NCBI GenBank assembly: GCA_964291625.2
Contig: OZ220089.1
Location: forward strand, 416,001-480,000
Direction: 5' to 3'
Origin: Candidatus Latescibacterota bacterium
GTDB taxonomy: Bacteria > Latescibacterota > UBA2968 > UBA8231
DNA: 64,000 nt
Each line of letters starts with the position of its first letter. Position 1 is the first letter of the stretch. Positions 17,879 to 27,561 of the stretch are shown here, piece by piece. The notes beneath the pieces were generated by a model. The model worked only from the letters and a program-made list of their open reading frames with translations. It was not told the origin of the DNA and did no database searches. The position numbers and the translations under genes were made by a program.

Positions 17879-18639
17879 TGGCCCCTGCCTACGTGCCGGT
17901 GCGGCGGGCCACGGTGGAGGTGCTCTTCACGCTGGAGAAGGAGGCGGCCAAGCCCAACGGCCTGCAGTACGACGCCGCCACCGACCGGCTGCTGGCCGCC
18001 GACCAGCGCGACGGCGCCCTGATCACCGTGGAGGATCCGCGGGGCGAACGCAGCCAGAGCGAGTTCGCCGCCGGCTCCACCGGCCCCAGCGGCGTCACCG
18101 TCATGCCCTGGCAGGGCGAGGGCATCACCGTCATGTCGGGCACCCACGCCCCCGACCTGACCGTGATCGACTCCGGCGGCCAAGTCTACTCCGTCGACCA
18201 CCGGGGCGTGGGCACCGGCATCGTCGGCTTCTCCAAGGAGCCGGTCACCGGCCAGCACACCGGCTTCCACGGCCTCGAGTGGGACGGCAGCCACCTGTGG
18301 GCGGCCTCGCCCCCGGCCCGGAAGATCTTCCGCCTCGACCTGCGGCCCGACGCCGACGGCCGGCCGTCGGTCGCCGGCTGCTCGTGGTTCCCCCTGGTCT
18401 TCGGCAACCGGCCCCACGGCCTGGCCTGGGCCGATCCCGCCCGCCGCACGGTGTGGTGCAACGACACCACCCTCAACTGCGTGTACCGCTACGACACGGT
18501 TACGGGGGAATGCGTGGAGATCCTGGTGCTGCCCGCCGACGCGCCCGTGAGCCACGGCATGACGATCGTCGACGGCGACCTGTGGTACTGCGAGGACAAC
18601 ACGGCCCGCATCTGCCGGGTCGTCAGGGAATCCGGCTGA
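17878..18639 (+). CDS. Beta-propeller protein (Vgb/SMP-30-like)
   Basis: Repeated PNGL/HGLEWDG/PHGLAW/SHGMT blade motifs; TGATG coupling. Confidence 0.55.
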   Translation: MAPAYVPVRRATVEVLFTLEKEAAKPNGLQYDAATDRLLAADQRDGALITVEDPRGERSQSEFAAGSTGPSGVTVMPWQGEGITVMSGTHAPDLTVIDSGGQVYSVDHRGVGTGIVGFSKEPVTGQHTGFHGLEWDGSHLWAASPPARKIFRLDLRPDADGRPSVAGCSWFPLVFGNRPHGLAWADPARRTVWCNDTTLNCVYRYDTVTGECVEILVLPADAPVSHGMTIVDGDLWYCEDNTARICRVVRESG

Positions 18640-18645
18640 TCCGCC

Positions 18646-19656
18646 TCAGCCCGGCATGCGCACGGCCGCATCGCGGCGCTCGCGCATCCCCGACTGCATC
18701 GACTCCGGGTAGCGGTGGGGCAGCCGCGACACCTCGTCCAGCCGGGCCCGGGCCTCGTCGGGCAGGCGCCAGCCGGCGGTGGCGAGGGTGTCTCCCAGTT
18801 GCGCGGGGCTGCGGGCGCCGCAGATCGCCGAGGTGATCGCCGGCTGCTCCAGCACCCAGCGCACGGCCACTTCCACCGGCGTGCGCTCCAGCTCCGCGGC
18901 CACGGCCAGCAGCGTCTCCAGGGTACGGTCGGCGCTGGCGGCGAAGTAGCTCGCCGGATAGGCCCACCCCTCCTCCGACCGGGTGCCCGCGGAGACGCGC
19001 TCGCCGGGGCGGTACTTGCCGGTGAGGAAGCCGCCCCCGAGGGGCGACCACACGACGACGCCGAGCCCCTTGTGCAGGCACAGGGGGATCAGCTCCTGCT
19101 CGATGTCGCGGACCACCAGGCTGTACTGGGGCTGGTAGCACTCGAAGCGGGACCAGCGGTTGTGGTCGCTGATCCACAGGCATTCCATGAGCCGCCAGGC
19201 CGGGTAGTTGCTGCACGCCGTGTAGCGCACCTTGCCCTGGCGCACGAGGTCGTCCTGGGCCCGCAGCATCTCCTCCATCGGCGTCTGCACGTCCACGTGG
19301 TGGATGTAGTAGAGGTCGACGTAGTCGGTGCGCAGGCGCCGGAGGCTGTCCTCCAGGGCGTTCATGACGTGCACCCGGGACATGCCCGAGTCGTTGGGGC
19401 CCGGCCCCATGGGGTTGAAGAACTTGGTGGCGATCACGTGGTCCCGGCGGCGGCCCTCCAGGGCGCGGCCGAGGTACTGCTCCGAGAGGCTCCCGGCGTA
19501 GGTGTTGGCCGTGTCGAAGAAGTTCACGCCCCGGTCGATGGCCAGGTCGACGATGCGGCGCGACTCCTCCTCGTCGGCGCCGTGGCCGAAGGTCATGGTG
19601 CCCAGGCAGATCTCGGAGACCTTGAGGCCGGAACGGCCCATGCGTCGGTATTCCAT
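18646..19656 (-). CDS. Aldo/keto reductase
   Basis: GLKVSEICLGTMTFG, DTANTY, ATK, YVDLYYIH, WSPLGGG. Confidence 0.92.
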   Translation of the reverse strand: MEYRRMGRSGLKVSEICLGTMTFGHGADEEESRRIVDLAIDRGVNFFDTANTYAGSLSEQYLGRALEGRRRDHVIATKFFNPMGPGPNDSGMSRVHVMNALEDSLRRLRTDYVDLYYIHHVDVQTPMEEMLRAQDDLVRQGKVRYTACSNYPAWRLMECLWISDHNRWSRFECYQPQYSLVVRDIEQELIPLCLHKGLGVVVWSPLGGGFLTGKYRPGERVSAGTRSEEGWAYPASYFAASADRTLETLLAVAAELERTPVEVAVRWVLEQPAITSAICGARSPAQLGDTLATAGWRLPDEARARLDEVSRLPHRYPESMQSGMRERRDAAVRMPG

Positions 19657-19732
19657 GGGCCCTGAAGGTATCCCTTCCTACCCCGGGGCTCCAGCGCTGA
19701 CCCGGCCGGAGCGGCGGCCTATCTTCCCGAAC

Positions 19733-21088
19733 ATGCCCGACCCCCTGGCCCCCCTCAAGCGCTGCGAGCTGCACGTCCACGCCGGCGGGTGCCTCTCGAT
19801 GGAGGACCTGATCGAGATGGCCGACGGCCGCGCCGGCGACATCGACTGGAGCTCCTTCGTGGAGGCCTTCGAGGCTGCCTACGGCCGGCGCCCCGACCCG
19901 AAGGCGATGTTCCGCCGGGCCGCCGGAGGCGACGCCGCCGCTTTGGAGGAGCTGCGCCGGCACTACGTCTTCACCGAGGAGGACGGCCCCGACTTCGCCC
20001 GGTTCTCGGCCAAGTTCAGCCTGCTGATCTGCATCGGCCGCCACTACATGAGGCACGTGCCCCGCGGCGGCCGGGAGGTCATGGGCCGCGCCCTCGACCA
20101 CCACCGCCGCCGCGGCGTGCGCTACGTGGAGATGCGGGCCCACTACGGCCGCACCGGCGACCTGCCGGGCTTCGTCGAGTTCCACCGGACCAACGCCGAG
20201 GTCCTCCTCCAGACGCGGGGCGGCGGCTTCGAGCCCCGCTACGTGCCCTCCCTGCCGCGCTCCTCGCCGCTGCCGGCGTACGACCTGCTGCGACGCCTGA
20301 TGGCCGACCGGCCGGAGCTGGCCGAGGTCGTGGCCGGCGTCGACTTCTGCAACGTCGAGGAGGGCTTCCCCCCCAAGGGGGTGCGCGGCTTCTTCCGGCG
20401 GCTCCGGGCGGACAACGACGCCGAACCGCAGGCCGCCCTCGGGGTCCTCTACCACGTGGGCGAGATCTACTTCGACAAGTCCCTGGAGAGCGCCGTGCGC
20501 TGGTGCCACGAGGCCGCCGAACTCGGGTCGCGGCGGCTGGGCCACTGCATCGCCCTCGGCCTGGACCCGGAGGTGTCGGTGCAGCGGCGCGGCGGCTCCC
20601 ACCTGCGGGAGCCGGTGGCCGAGCGGCTCGACCAGATCGCCTGGGACCTGCGCCACCGACGGGGCCTGGAGGATGCCGGCGTGGAGGTCTCTCCCGCCGC
20701 CCTGGAGGCGGAGCGCGAGAGCCTCCGGGGGCGGGACCGCACGGCCCTCTGCCGCCGGCCCTACGACGACCGCCGCCTGGAGCAGGTGCGCCGGCGCCAG
20801 GAGTTCGTCCTCGGCGAGCTGTCCCGCCTGGGCGTGGTCGTCGAGTCGTGCCCCAGCTCCAACCTGCGCCTCGGCAGCATCCCCCGGCCGGAGCTGCACC
20901 CCGTGCACCGCTTCCTCGACTCCGGCGTGGACCTCGTCATCGGCGCCGACGACCCCGGCATCTTCGAGTCTCCCCTGGCCGCCGAGGTCGACTGGGTCGC
21001 CCGGACCACCCGCCTGTCGGACGAGGCCCTCGCCGCGCGCCTCGGCGACCCCCTGAAGCACCGCCTTCGCAAAGGAGACCTCCCGTGA
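19733..21088 (+). CDS. Adenosine/AMP deaminase-like metallohydrolase
   Basis: ELHVH, HVGE, RLGH, CPSSN, GADDP motifs. Confidence 0.75.
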   Translation: MPDPLAPLKRCELHVHAGGCLSMEDLIEMADGRAGDIDWSSFVEAFEAAYGRRPDPKAMFRRAAGGDAAALEELRRHYVFTEEDGPDFARFSAKFSLLICIGRHYMRHVPRGGREVMGRALDHHRRRGVRYVEMRAHYGRTGDLPGFVEFHRTNAEVLLQTRGGGFEPRYVPSLPRSSPLPAYDLLRRLMADRPELAEVVAGVDFCNVEEGFPPKGVRGFFRRLRADNDAEPQAALGVLYHVGEIYFDKSLESAVRWCHEAAELGSRRLGHCIALGLDPEVSVQRRGGSHLREPVAERLDQIAWDLRHRRGLEDAGVEVSPAALEAERESLRGRDRTALCRRPYDDRRLEQVRRRQEFVLGELSRLGVVVESCPSSNLRLGSIPRPELHPVHRFLDSGVDLVIGADDPGIFESPLAAEVDWVARTTRLSDEALAARLGDPLKHRLRKGDLP

Positions 21089-21882
21089 GCGACCACCCCC
21101 GAATCGGCCTCGTCGGCTTCGGCTACATCGGATCCTACGTGTACGAGCAGATCACCACGCGCCCGGAGCTGGGCCTCGACATCGCCTTCGTCCACAACCG
21201 CAGCCCCGGACGCGTCGCCGGGCTGCCAGCAGAGCACGTCCTCGAGGACCTGGGAGCCTTCGCGGGTCACGGCGCCGACCTTGTCGTCGAGGTCGCCCAC
21301 CCCGACATCACCCGCGGCCACGGCCGCGCCTTCCTCGAGGCCGCCGACTACATGCCCCTCTCCCTGACCGCCTTCGCCGACGCCGAGCTCGAAGCCGCAC
21401 TCCTCGACACGGCCCGCTCCGCCGGCACCCGCCTCTTCGTCCCCCACGGCGCCGTGGTCGGACTCGACGCCCTCGAAGAGGGCCGCGAGACCTGGAACGA
21501 GGTGGGCATGGTCATGAAGAAGCCGGTGCGCAGCCTCGACTTCTCCAGCGCCCCCGGCATCGATCCGGAGGCGATCACCAGGGAGACCACCCTCTTCGAC
21601 GGCACCGCCCGGGAGATCTGCCCCCTCTACCCCCGCAACGTCAACTCCCACGCCGCCGTGGCCCTGGCCGGCATCGGCTTCGACCGCACCCGCTCGGTGC
21701 TGATCGCCGACCCGGCCCTGGAGGCCTCCATCATCGAGGTGGAGGCCCGGGGCGGCGGCGTGCAGATCTCGATCCGCCGAGAGAACCCGATGAAGGGCGT
21801 CAGCGGCGTGATGACGTTGATGTCGACGCTGGCCAGCATCGGGCGTGCGAAGGGGGATGCGCCGGGGCTGCGGGTTTGTTGA
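21085..21882 (+). CDS. L-aspartate dehydrogenase-like protein (NadX/DUF108)
   Basis: GFGYIG, VVEVAH, PHGAVVGLD, KKP, YPRNVNSHAA; GTGA overlap and AAGGAG RBS. Confidence 0.78.
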   Translation: MSDHPRIGLVGFGYIGSYVYEQITTRPELGLDIAFVHNRSPGRVAGLPAEHVLEDLGAFAGHGADLVVEVAHPDITRGHGRAFLEAADYMPLSLTAFADAELEAALLDTARSAGTRLFVPHGAVVGLDALEEGRETWNEVGMVMKKPVRSLDFSSAPGIDPEAITRETTLFDGTAREICPLYPRNVNSHAAVALAGIGFDRTRSVLIADPALEASIIEVEARGGGVQISIRRENPMKGVSGVMTLMSTLASIGRAKGDAPGLRVC

Positions 21883-22003
21883 ATCCATTCTGCCGGACAG
21901 TTCCCTTTTCCCCATGTCGCACCACCCTCTGGTTTGGTTTCATTCGGTTCATGCGGTCTCCTCAGGGCCCCGCGCTGGAAGAGTTATCAACAAGGAGTCT
22001 CTG

Positions 22004-23473
22004 ATGCCAAGGCGCCCTCGGCAGCATCAGCTAGAGACAGAGTCCCAGGCCGCCATTCGAACTGCCGTTCCTTCCAAATGGGTCTACCGCGACCTAAAGG
22101 ATGACTATGGAGTCGACTCTGAGGTGGAAATCTTCGATGATGAAGGTCGGGGAACGGGCGAGAAGTTCCTGGTGCAGTTGAAGGCAACGGACGAGCGAGA
22201 TCTCGGGAAGGCGCTCAGAGTGTGGCTTCCCCGAGCGAAGCTGAGATACTTCGCGTCTCTTGAACAGCCCGTGCTTCTTGTGCGATTCCACGCGCCCACC
22301 CAAACGCTGTACGCTCGGTGGTTTCACTCTTGGGACCCCTACTATGAACCGATGCGGAGAGCCGGCGCATCTCTACTCTTTCGCGAAGAGGATCTCTGGA
22401 ATGAGGCGACATCGACGTCAATTGAACGCGATGTCAGAGCTTTTCGGGACGTTCGATCTCCAAGGATACCGGGGCCGATCTCCTTTTCTCTTCAGTGCGA
22501 TGGTGACTTCCATGGGACGCCTTCATTCGAGGTCAAGCTTAGGCTCAAGGAGTCCTGTCATGACCTGAGGCATATCATCAATTTTGATGGCGACTCCACC
22601 TCACCGTATCGAATCCACCTCTCAGATGAACTGATCGAGGTGAGGATTGCAGGATCTCACGGGTGCAGCCTGCACTCCAAGGGGCAACCTGATGCTGAAT
22701 CTAGTCCCCCGACCCACCATGACATCATTATGGCCATCGCTCTGGCAGTGGACCAGACGGGACACGCAGTAGAGGCCGCCCAGATCATGGAGCCCTTCCT
22801 TCCTCAGTCGCGGTTGGTTGCTCAACCCGAGGTGGCACTGATGGCTGCGCTGTGTCTCGCAAAGGCAAATCAGATGCACCTAGCACTTGAGGTAGCAGCT
22901 CTACTGTTCGAGGATGACACATCGGCCTATTCTGCACGGGTTTTTCTCCTGCCTCTCCTGGCACGGCACTCTCAGATGCCCGCCACAGCGCAAGACCTGT
23001 GTGTAAGGGTCCTTAGAAAGGGCTCTGAGCAGTTAGAGTCGAGGTCAGACAAGTCAGGGGCCGCATCCTTGGAGTACACCTGTGGAAACTATCTTCGAAG
23101 TTTGGGACGATTGAGGGAGGCCCTGAGTACCTATCGCAGGGCCGCGCAACTCGACCCCGAGTACGAGAAGCGGGAATACTACTGGCGGGAGTTGGGAGGC
23201 ATTCTCTTCATGGGTCAGAGATATCGGGCTGCAGTCACGGTTTACGCCCGAGCCCTTACAATCAAGGACCAAAGGTTCACGAAGCTGTTGCACGCCGACG
23301 CTTTGATGTTTGCAGGGGAGTACAAGAGAGCTGAGGAGGAATTTGCCCAGCTTCTCGAGACACCGATTGATACTGAGGACTTCGAGTGGGCACTGAAGAG
23401 GCTGGCACTCTCTCTGGATTCGCCAACAGGTGGGTATAGACGCTCAGAACCGAGGGAGGGCGAGGTACCCTGA
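22004..23473 (+). CDS. DUF4365 (PD-(D/E)xK-like nuclease) + TPR protein, 5' part of a frameshifted gene
   Basis: DYGVDSEVEIFD...VQLKAT; TPR helices (LGRLREALSTYRRAAQLDP); AAGGAG RBS; visibly lower GC. Confidence 0.75.
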   Translation: MPRRPRQHQLETESQAAIRTAVPSKWVYRDLKDDYGVDSEVEIFDDEGRGTGEKFLVQLKATDERDLGKALRVWLPRAKLRYFASLEQPVLLVRFHAPTQTLYARWFHSWDPYYEPMRRAGASLLFREEDLWNEATSTSIERDVRAFRDVRSPRIPGPISFSLQCDGDFHGTPSFEVKLRLKESCHDLRHIINFDGDSTSPYRIHLSDELIEVRIAGSHGCSLHSKGQPDAESSPPTHHDIIMAIALAVDQTGHAVEAAQIMEPFLPQSRLVAQPEVALMAALCLAKANQMHLALEVAALLFEDDTSAYSARVFLLPLLARHSQMPATAQDLCVRVLRKGSEQLESRSDKSGAASLEYTCGNYLRSLGRLREALSTYRRAAQLDPEYEKREYYWRELGGILFMGQRYRAAVTVYARALTIKDQRFTKLLHADALMFAGEYKRAEEEFAQLLETPIDTEDFEWALKRLALSLDSPTGGYRRSEPREGEVP

Positions 23474-23924
23474 CGAATTTCCCAATGGATTCCAAGCCTC
23501 AGAGATCGTGGAGTCTTGTAGAGCAGCCTTGCAGATAGATGCCCTAGATGGCCTCGCATGGTTCAACCTTGGTGCATCCTTTCAGCAGAGCGGCAAACAG
23601 GATGAGGCAGCCAAGTCGTTTCTAACTGCGGCGCTTGTTCGCCCGGGAGATCTTGAGGCATGGGGAAATGTCGTCGCATATGGGATGAACGAGAACCACC
23701 TCGTTCTAGTCAGCCTTGCGGCTTGCACAGCCTACAGGCTTAATGGTGAAGAGTTCCTTCGAGAGCTGGCAAAGCGCATCCCCGGCCCCGACAAGCAGGA
23801 TCAATTCGTGAATCTGATGGGCGAATTCCTCGCGCAGGTGCAGAGAACGGAGGACTCAATGACCTTGAGAGCACACGACGACTCAGGTGGGTGGAAGGAA
23901 TTCAGAATTCCTACTGCAGGATAA
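23415..23924 (+). pseudogene. C-terminal TPR fragment of the DUF4365-TPR gene (out of frame)
   Basis: ALQIDALDGLAWFNLGASF TPR continues in another frame from the (CT)4 tract at 23408-23415; no evident RBS of its own. Confidence 0.65.
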
Positions 23925-24058
23925 GGGGAGCAAAGGGCTTCATTGTCCAACCTTACTTCCTCTTGGCGAAGGGCAATGTCGCCTGTGTTTTCAGGGCCCT
24001 GGACAGTACCTTCTTGGCTCAAGCAAATAACCGGATAGGAAGAGATTGGGCCTGAAGA

Positions 24059-24916
24059 ATGCAGAGAGTTCTTTCAGAATCCGACCGCCGCTTCTGGGAC
24101 GAGAACGGCTACGTCGTCGTGCCCGACGCCGTCCCCCGGGAGAACCTGGACCGCCTGGTGGAGGCCATCTGGGAGTTCCTCGAGATCGACCCGGACGACC
24201 CCGAGGACTGGTACCGCCACGACCCGTACACCCGCGAGCGCCGGACCTCGCCGATCAGCAGCGGCGGCATGGTGGAGATCTACCAGCACCAGGCGATCTG
24301 GGACAACCGGCAGTACCCGAGGGTGCACCAGGCCTTCGCCGAGATCTGGGGCGACGAGAAGCTGTGGGTCTCCCTCGACCGGGCCAACATGAAGCCGCCG
24401 GCGCGGGAGGACAGGCCGGAGTGGAACAACAAGGGGATGATCCACTGGGACCTGGACACCTCCAAGCAACCGATCCGCTTCGGCGTGCAGGGGGTCCTCT
24501 ACCTCACGGACACCGCCGAGGACCAGGGCGGCTTCCAGTGCGTGCCCGGCTTCCACCGCATGTTCGATGAGTGGGTGAAGACGCAGCCGGAGGACCGCAA
24601 CCCCTCGCGGCCGGACCTGGAGGGCCTGACGGTGAAGGCGATCCCCGGCAAGGCGGGGGACCTGCTGATCTGGCACCGGCTGCTGGCCCACGGCAACGGG
24701 CACAACCGCTCCGACCGCCCGCGCCTGGCCCAGTACATCACCATGTCCCCGGCCGGCAATCCCGAGGCGGCGGGGCCCCGGATCCAGGCCTGGCGGGAGC
24801 GCCGCCCGACGCCGGGATGGCCGGGGGACCCGCGCGACCGGGAGCACCGGCTCCAGGAGCCGGCCCGGCTCACGCCTCTGGGCCGCAGGCTCCTCGGCCT
24901 CGATCCCTGGGAGTAG
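24059..24916 (+). CDS. Phytanoyl-CoA dioxygenase (PhyH) family protein
   Basis: FWDENGYVVV, HWD, GDLLIWHRLLAHG, R. Confidence 0.88.
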   Translation: MQRVLSESDRRFWDENGYVVVPDAVPRENLDRLVEAIWEFLEIDPDDPEDWYRHDPYTRERRTSPISSGGMVEIYQHQAIWDNRQYPRVHQAFAEIWGDEKLWVSLDRANMKPPAREDRPEWNNKGMIHWDLDTSKQPIRFGVQGVLYLTDTAEDQGGFQCVPGFHRMFDEWVKTQPEDRNPSRPDLEGLTVKAIPGKAGDLLIWHRLLAHGNGHNRSDRPRLAQYITMSPAGNPEAAGPRIQAWRERRPTPGWPGDPRDREHRLQEPARLTPLGRRLLGLDPWE

Positions 24917-24936
24917 AGCCAAGGAGACAGACCCTC

Positions 24937-25761
24937 GTGAGAAGAGCAGATCTGCACGTCCATACTCATGCGTCGTCCGACGCATCGTTCGATCCGGAGG
25001 AGGTCTTCAGCGTGGCCAAGGCGCGGGGACTGACGGCCTTGACCTTCTCCGACCACGACTGCATCGACAGCATTGCGGAAGGCCAACGGCTCTCGACCGT
25101 GTACGGCCTGACCTTCCTGCCCGGCATCGAGATCACCAGTTCGTGGCGCGGGGAACCGGCCCACATCCTGGGCTTTTTCCCCGATGGCCCGCTCCCATCC
25201 CTGGAGGTGTTCCTGGCCGAGAGATTCCGGGGGGAGAGAAGACGCCGCAATCTCGCCATCGTGGAGTACATGCAGGGGCAGGGCGCGGCGGTGACCACCG
25301 CCGAGTACGACGCCGAGGTCGAGGATCCGGAGCACGAGTCGAGGGCAATGTATGAGTTGCTGGTGAAGAAGGGCGTTGTGTCGAACTGGGAAGAGTTCGG
25401 GGCCATACAGGAGGCTGCCGGCGTCCAGCTTCTCCGCCCGCTGGTTCCGGAGGCCATCCGGGCCTGTCACGAGGCCGGCGGCATTGCCGTGGTGGCTCAT
25501 CCCGGCCACGACACCGGCGTCGTATTCACCTTCGACGAGGAGAGCATCGCCGCCCTGGCGGCCGAAGGTCTCGACGGTGTCGAGGTGTGGCATCCCGCGC
25601 ACACCGAGGCCCAGGAGGAGGAGTATGCACGGGTTGCAGACCGCCTCGGACTGGTCAAGACCGGTGGTTCGGACATGCACATACCCCGCCCGGAGCCCCA
25701 GAAGATGGTCGGCGGCACGTACTGTGATTGGGACGAGGTGCTCCGCTACCTGGAACGGTAG
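24937..25761 (+). CDS. PHP domain phosphoesterase
   Basis: DLHVHTHASSD, SDHD, GIEIT, AHP, GGSDMH; AAGGAG RBS. Confidence 0.88.
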   Translation: MRRADLHVHTHASSDASFDPEEVFSVAKARGLTALTFSDHDCIDSIAEGQRLSTVYGLTFLPGIEITSSWRGEPAHILGFFPDGPLPSLEVFLAERFRGERRRRNLAIVEYMQGQGAAVTTAEYDAEVEDPEHESRAMYELLVKKGVVSNWEEFGAIQEAAGVQLLRPLVPEAIRACHEAGGIAVVAHPGHDTGVVFTFDEESIAALAAEGLDGVEVWHPAHTEAQEEEYARVADRLGLVKTGGSDMHIPRPEPQKMVGGTYCDWDEVLRYLER

Positions 25762-25956
25762 CGGCCTGCTGGACTCACCCTCCCGCGGGGTTGGGAGAGC
25801 CGGCGCCTCGGGCAGCCCGAGGCGGGGTCCGGATCCTGGCGGCCGGCGCCGGGCTGGCCGGCATCCGCGCGACCCGGACCACCGGCGGCCGGCGCCGCCC
25901 CGGCTCACGCCGCCGGGGCGCAGGGGCTGGTGCTACATCCCTGCGGCTGAAGCCGC

Positions 25957-26577
25957 TCAGCCCGCGTAACGGTCGAGGTCGATCTGCCCCGAGGCGATCC
26001 GCCGCAGGGTCTCCGGGTAGAGGCGGTGCTCCACCTCCAACACACGCGCGGCCAGCGTCTGGGGGGTGTCGCCGGGCTCGACCGGCACCTCTTCCTGGGC
26101 CAGGACCGGTCCGTGGTCGTAGATCTCGTCGACGACGTGGACGGTGGCGCCGCTGGTTCCCTCGCCGGCGGCCAGGACCGCCTCGTGCACATGCAGGCCG
26201 TAGAACCCCCGGCCGCCGTGCCGCGGCAGCAGGCCGGGGTGGATGTTGAGGATGCGGCCGTCGAAGGCGGTCAGGGTCCGCGGCCCGATGCGCTTCATGT
26301 ACCCCGCCAGGCAGACCACCTCCGCTCCTGCCTCGCGCAGGGCGTCGCGGATCGCCGTGTCGAGGGCGGCCGGGTCCGGGTGGGTTCGTCCGCTCAGGTG
26401 GCGGGCAGGGATCCCCTGGGCGCGAGCCCGGGCCAGGGCTCCCGACCGGGAGTTGTTGCCGATGACGACGCGGGGCTCGGCGTGGAGGCGGCCCTCGCGG
26501 CAGGCGTCGAGGATGGCCTGCATGTTGGTGCCGCCTCCCGAGGCCAGGAACCCGAGGCGCAGGGGCGGCCGGCTCAC
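25957..26577 (-). CDS. purN: Phosphoribosylglycinamide formyltransferase
   Basis: ASGGGTNMQAI, LAGYM, LNIHPGLLP, GATVHVV..YDHGP, EHRLYP. Confidence 0.9.
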   Translation of the reverse strand: MSRPPLRLGFLASGGGTNMQAILDACREGRLHAEPRVVIGNNSRSGALARARAQGIPARHLSGRTHPDPAALDTAIRDALREAGAEVVCLAGYMKRIGPRTLTAFDGRILNIHPGLLPRHGGRGFYGLHVHEAVLAAGEGTSGATVHVVDEIYDHGPVLAQEEVPVEPGDTPQTLAARVLEVEHRLYPETLRRIASGQIDLDRYAG

Positions 26578-26582
26578 GGCGG

Positions 26583-27551
26583 TCAGTCTCCGGCCGGCCC
26601 CCGAGAGGCGAGGGGCGTCCAGCCGCGGCCGGGCATGTGGGCGCGGGTCTCGAAGAACTTCTCGCGGATGGCGCAGAACTCCTCGGCCGTGCGGCACTCG
26701 CTCTCCGGCGCCCGGGGGTCGCGGATGACGAAGTCGGCCTCGGGAGGATAGCAGGCCATGGTCACGGGGTCCCTCTCGGGCGTGCAGGCGGCGGGCTCTT
26801 CCCCCACGTTGTTCGGCGCCTCGGCGCTCTGGTAGCGCAGGTCGAGGCTCCAGCGCACCCGGTCGCTGTGGTTCTCGAAGGAGGCATGGGGGGTGAGGTT
26901 GGTGAGGAAGAGGACGTCGCCGCGCTCCATCGGCACGGGGATCGGCTCGGCGCCGGGCACCCGGCCGGGGATCTCGAGATAGCCGCCGTGACCGCCCGTG
27001 TAGTGGCGGTGGACGCCGTTGCGGTGGCCGTGGGGCACCACCCACAGACAGCCGTTCTCCACGTCGACGTCGATCAGGGGGATCCAGCAGGTGAGGACCA
27101 GCAGGTCGTCGCAGTGGGGCAGGAAGTAGCCGGAGTCCTGGTGCCAGGGGACCTCGCCGCGCTCCCAGCGGGGCAGCTTCGGCCGCACGCGGTAGACGGA
27201 GGAGCCGATGATCCGCTCGCCGACGAAGCTCTCGACGACGGCGAGCAGCCTGGGGTGGGTGATGGTGTGGAACAGCTCCGGGCCGGCGAACCGGCCGCTG
27301 GTGACGGGCGCCATGATCCGCCCCAGGTGATCCGGCCAGCGCTCCGCCAGCAGGGCCAGTCGCCGGTCGAAGGGCGCGTCGGGAAAGGTCTCGTCCACCA
27401 GGCCTTCCTGCCGGGCGCGCTCGGCCTCGCGGTCGACGGCGGCGTGGAGCCCGCGGCGGACCGGCTCCAGGTCGGCGTCGTCGAGGACGCCCGGCTTCAT
27501 GACCCAGCCCTCTTCCTGGAACTGCCGTCGTTCGGCGGCGGTGAGACTCAT
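26583..27551 (-). CDS. Phytanoyl-CoA dioxygenase (PhyH) family protein
   Basis: WHQD, ENGCL, GDVLFL..TPHAS..N, RWSLDLRY; AGGAGG RBS. Confidence 0.88.
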   Translation of the reverse strand: MSLTAAERRQFQEEGWVMKPGVLDDADLEPVRRGLHAAVDREAERARQEGLVDETFPDAPFDRRLALLAERWPDHLGRIMAPVTSGRFAGPELFHTITHPRLLAVVESFVGERIIGSSVYRVRPKLPRWERGEVPWHQDSGYFLPHCDDLLVLTCWIPLIDVDVENGCLWVVPHGHRNGVHRHYTGGHGGYLEIPGRVPGAEPIPVPMERGDVLFLTNLTPHASFENHSDRVRWSLDLRYQSAEAPNNVGEEPAACTPERDPVTMACYPPEADFVIRDPRAPESECRTAEEFCAIREKFFETRAHMPGRGWTPLASRGPAGD

Positions 27552-27561
27552 GCTTCCTCCT

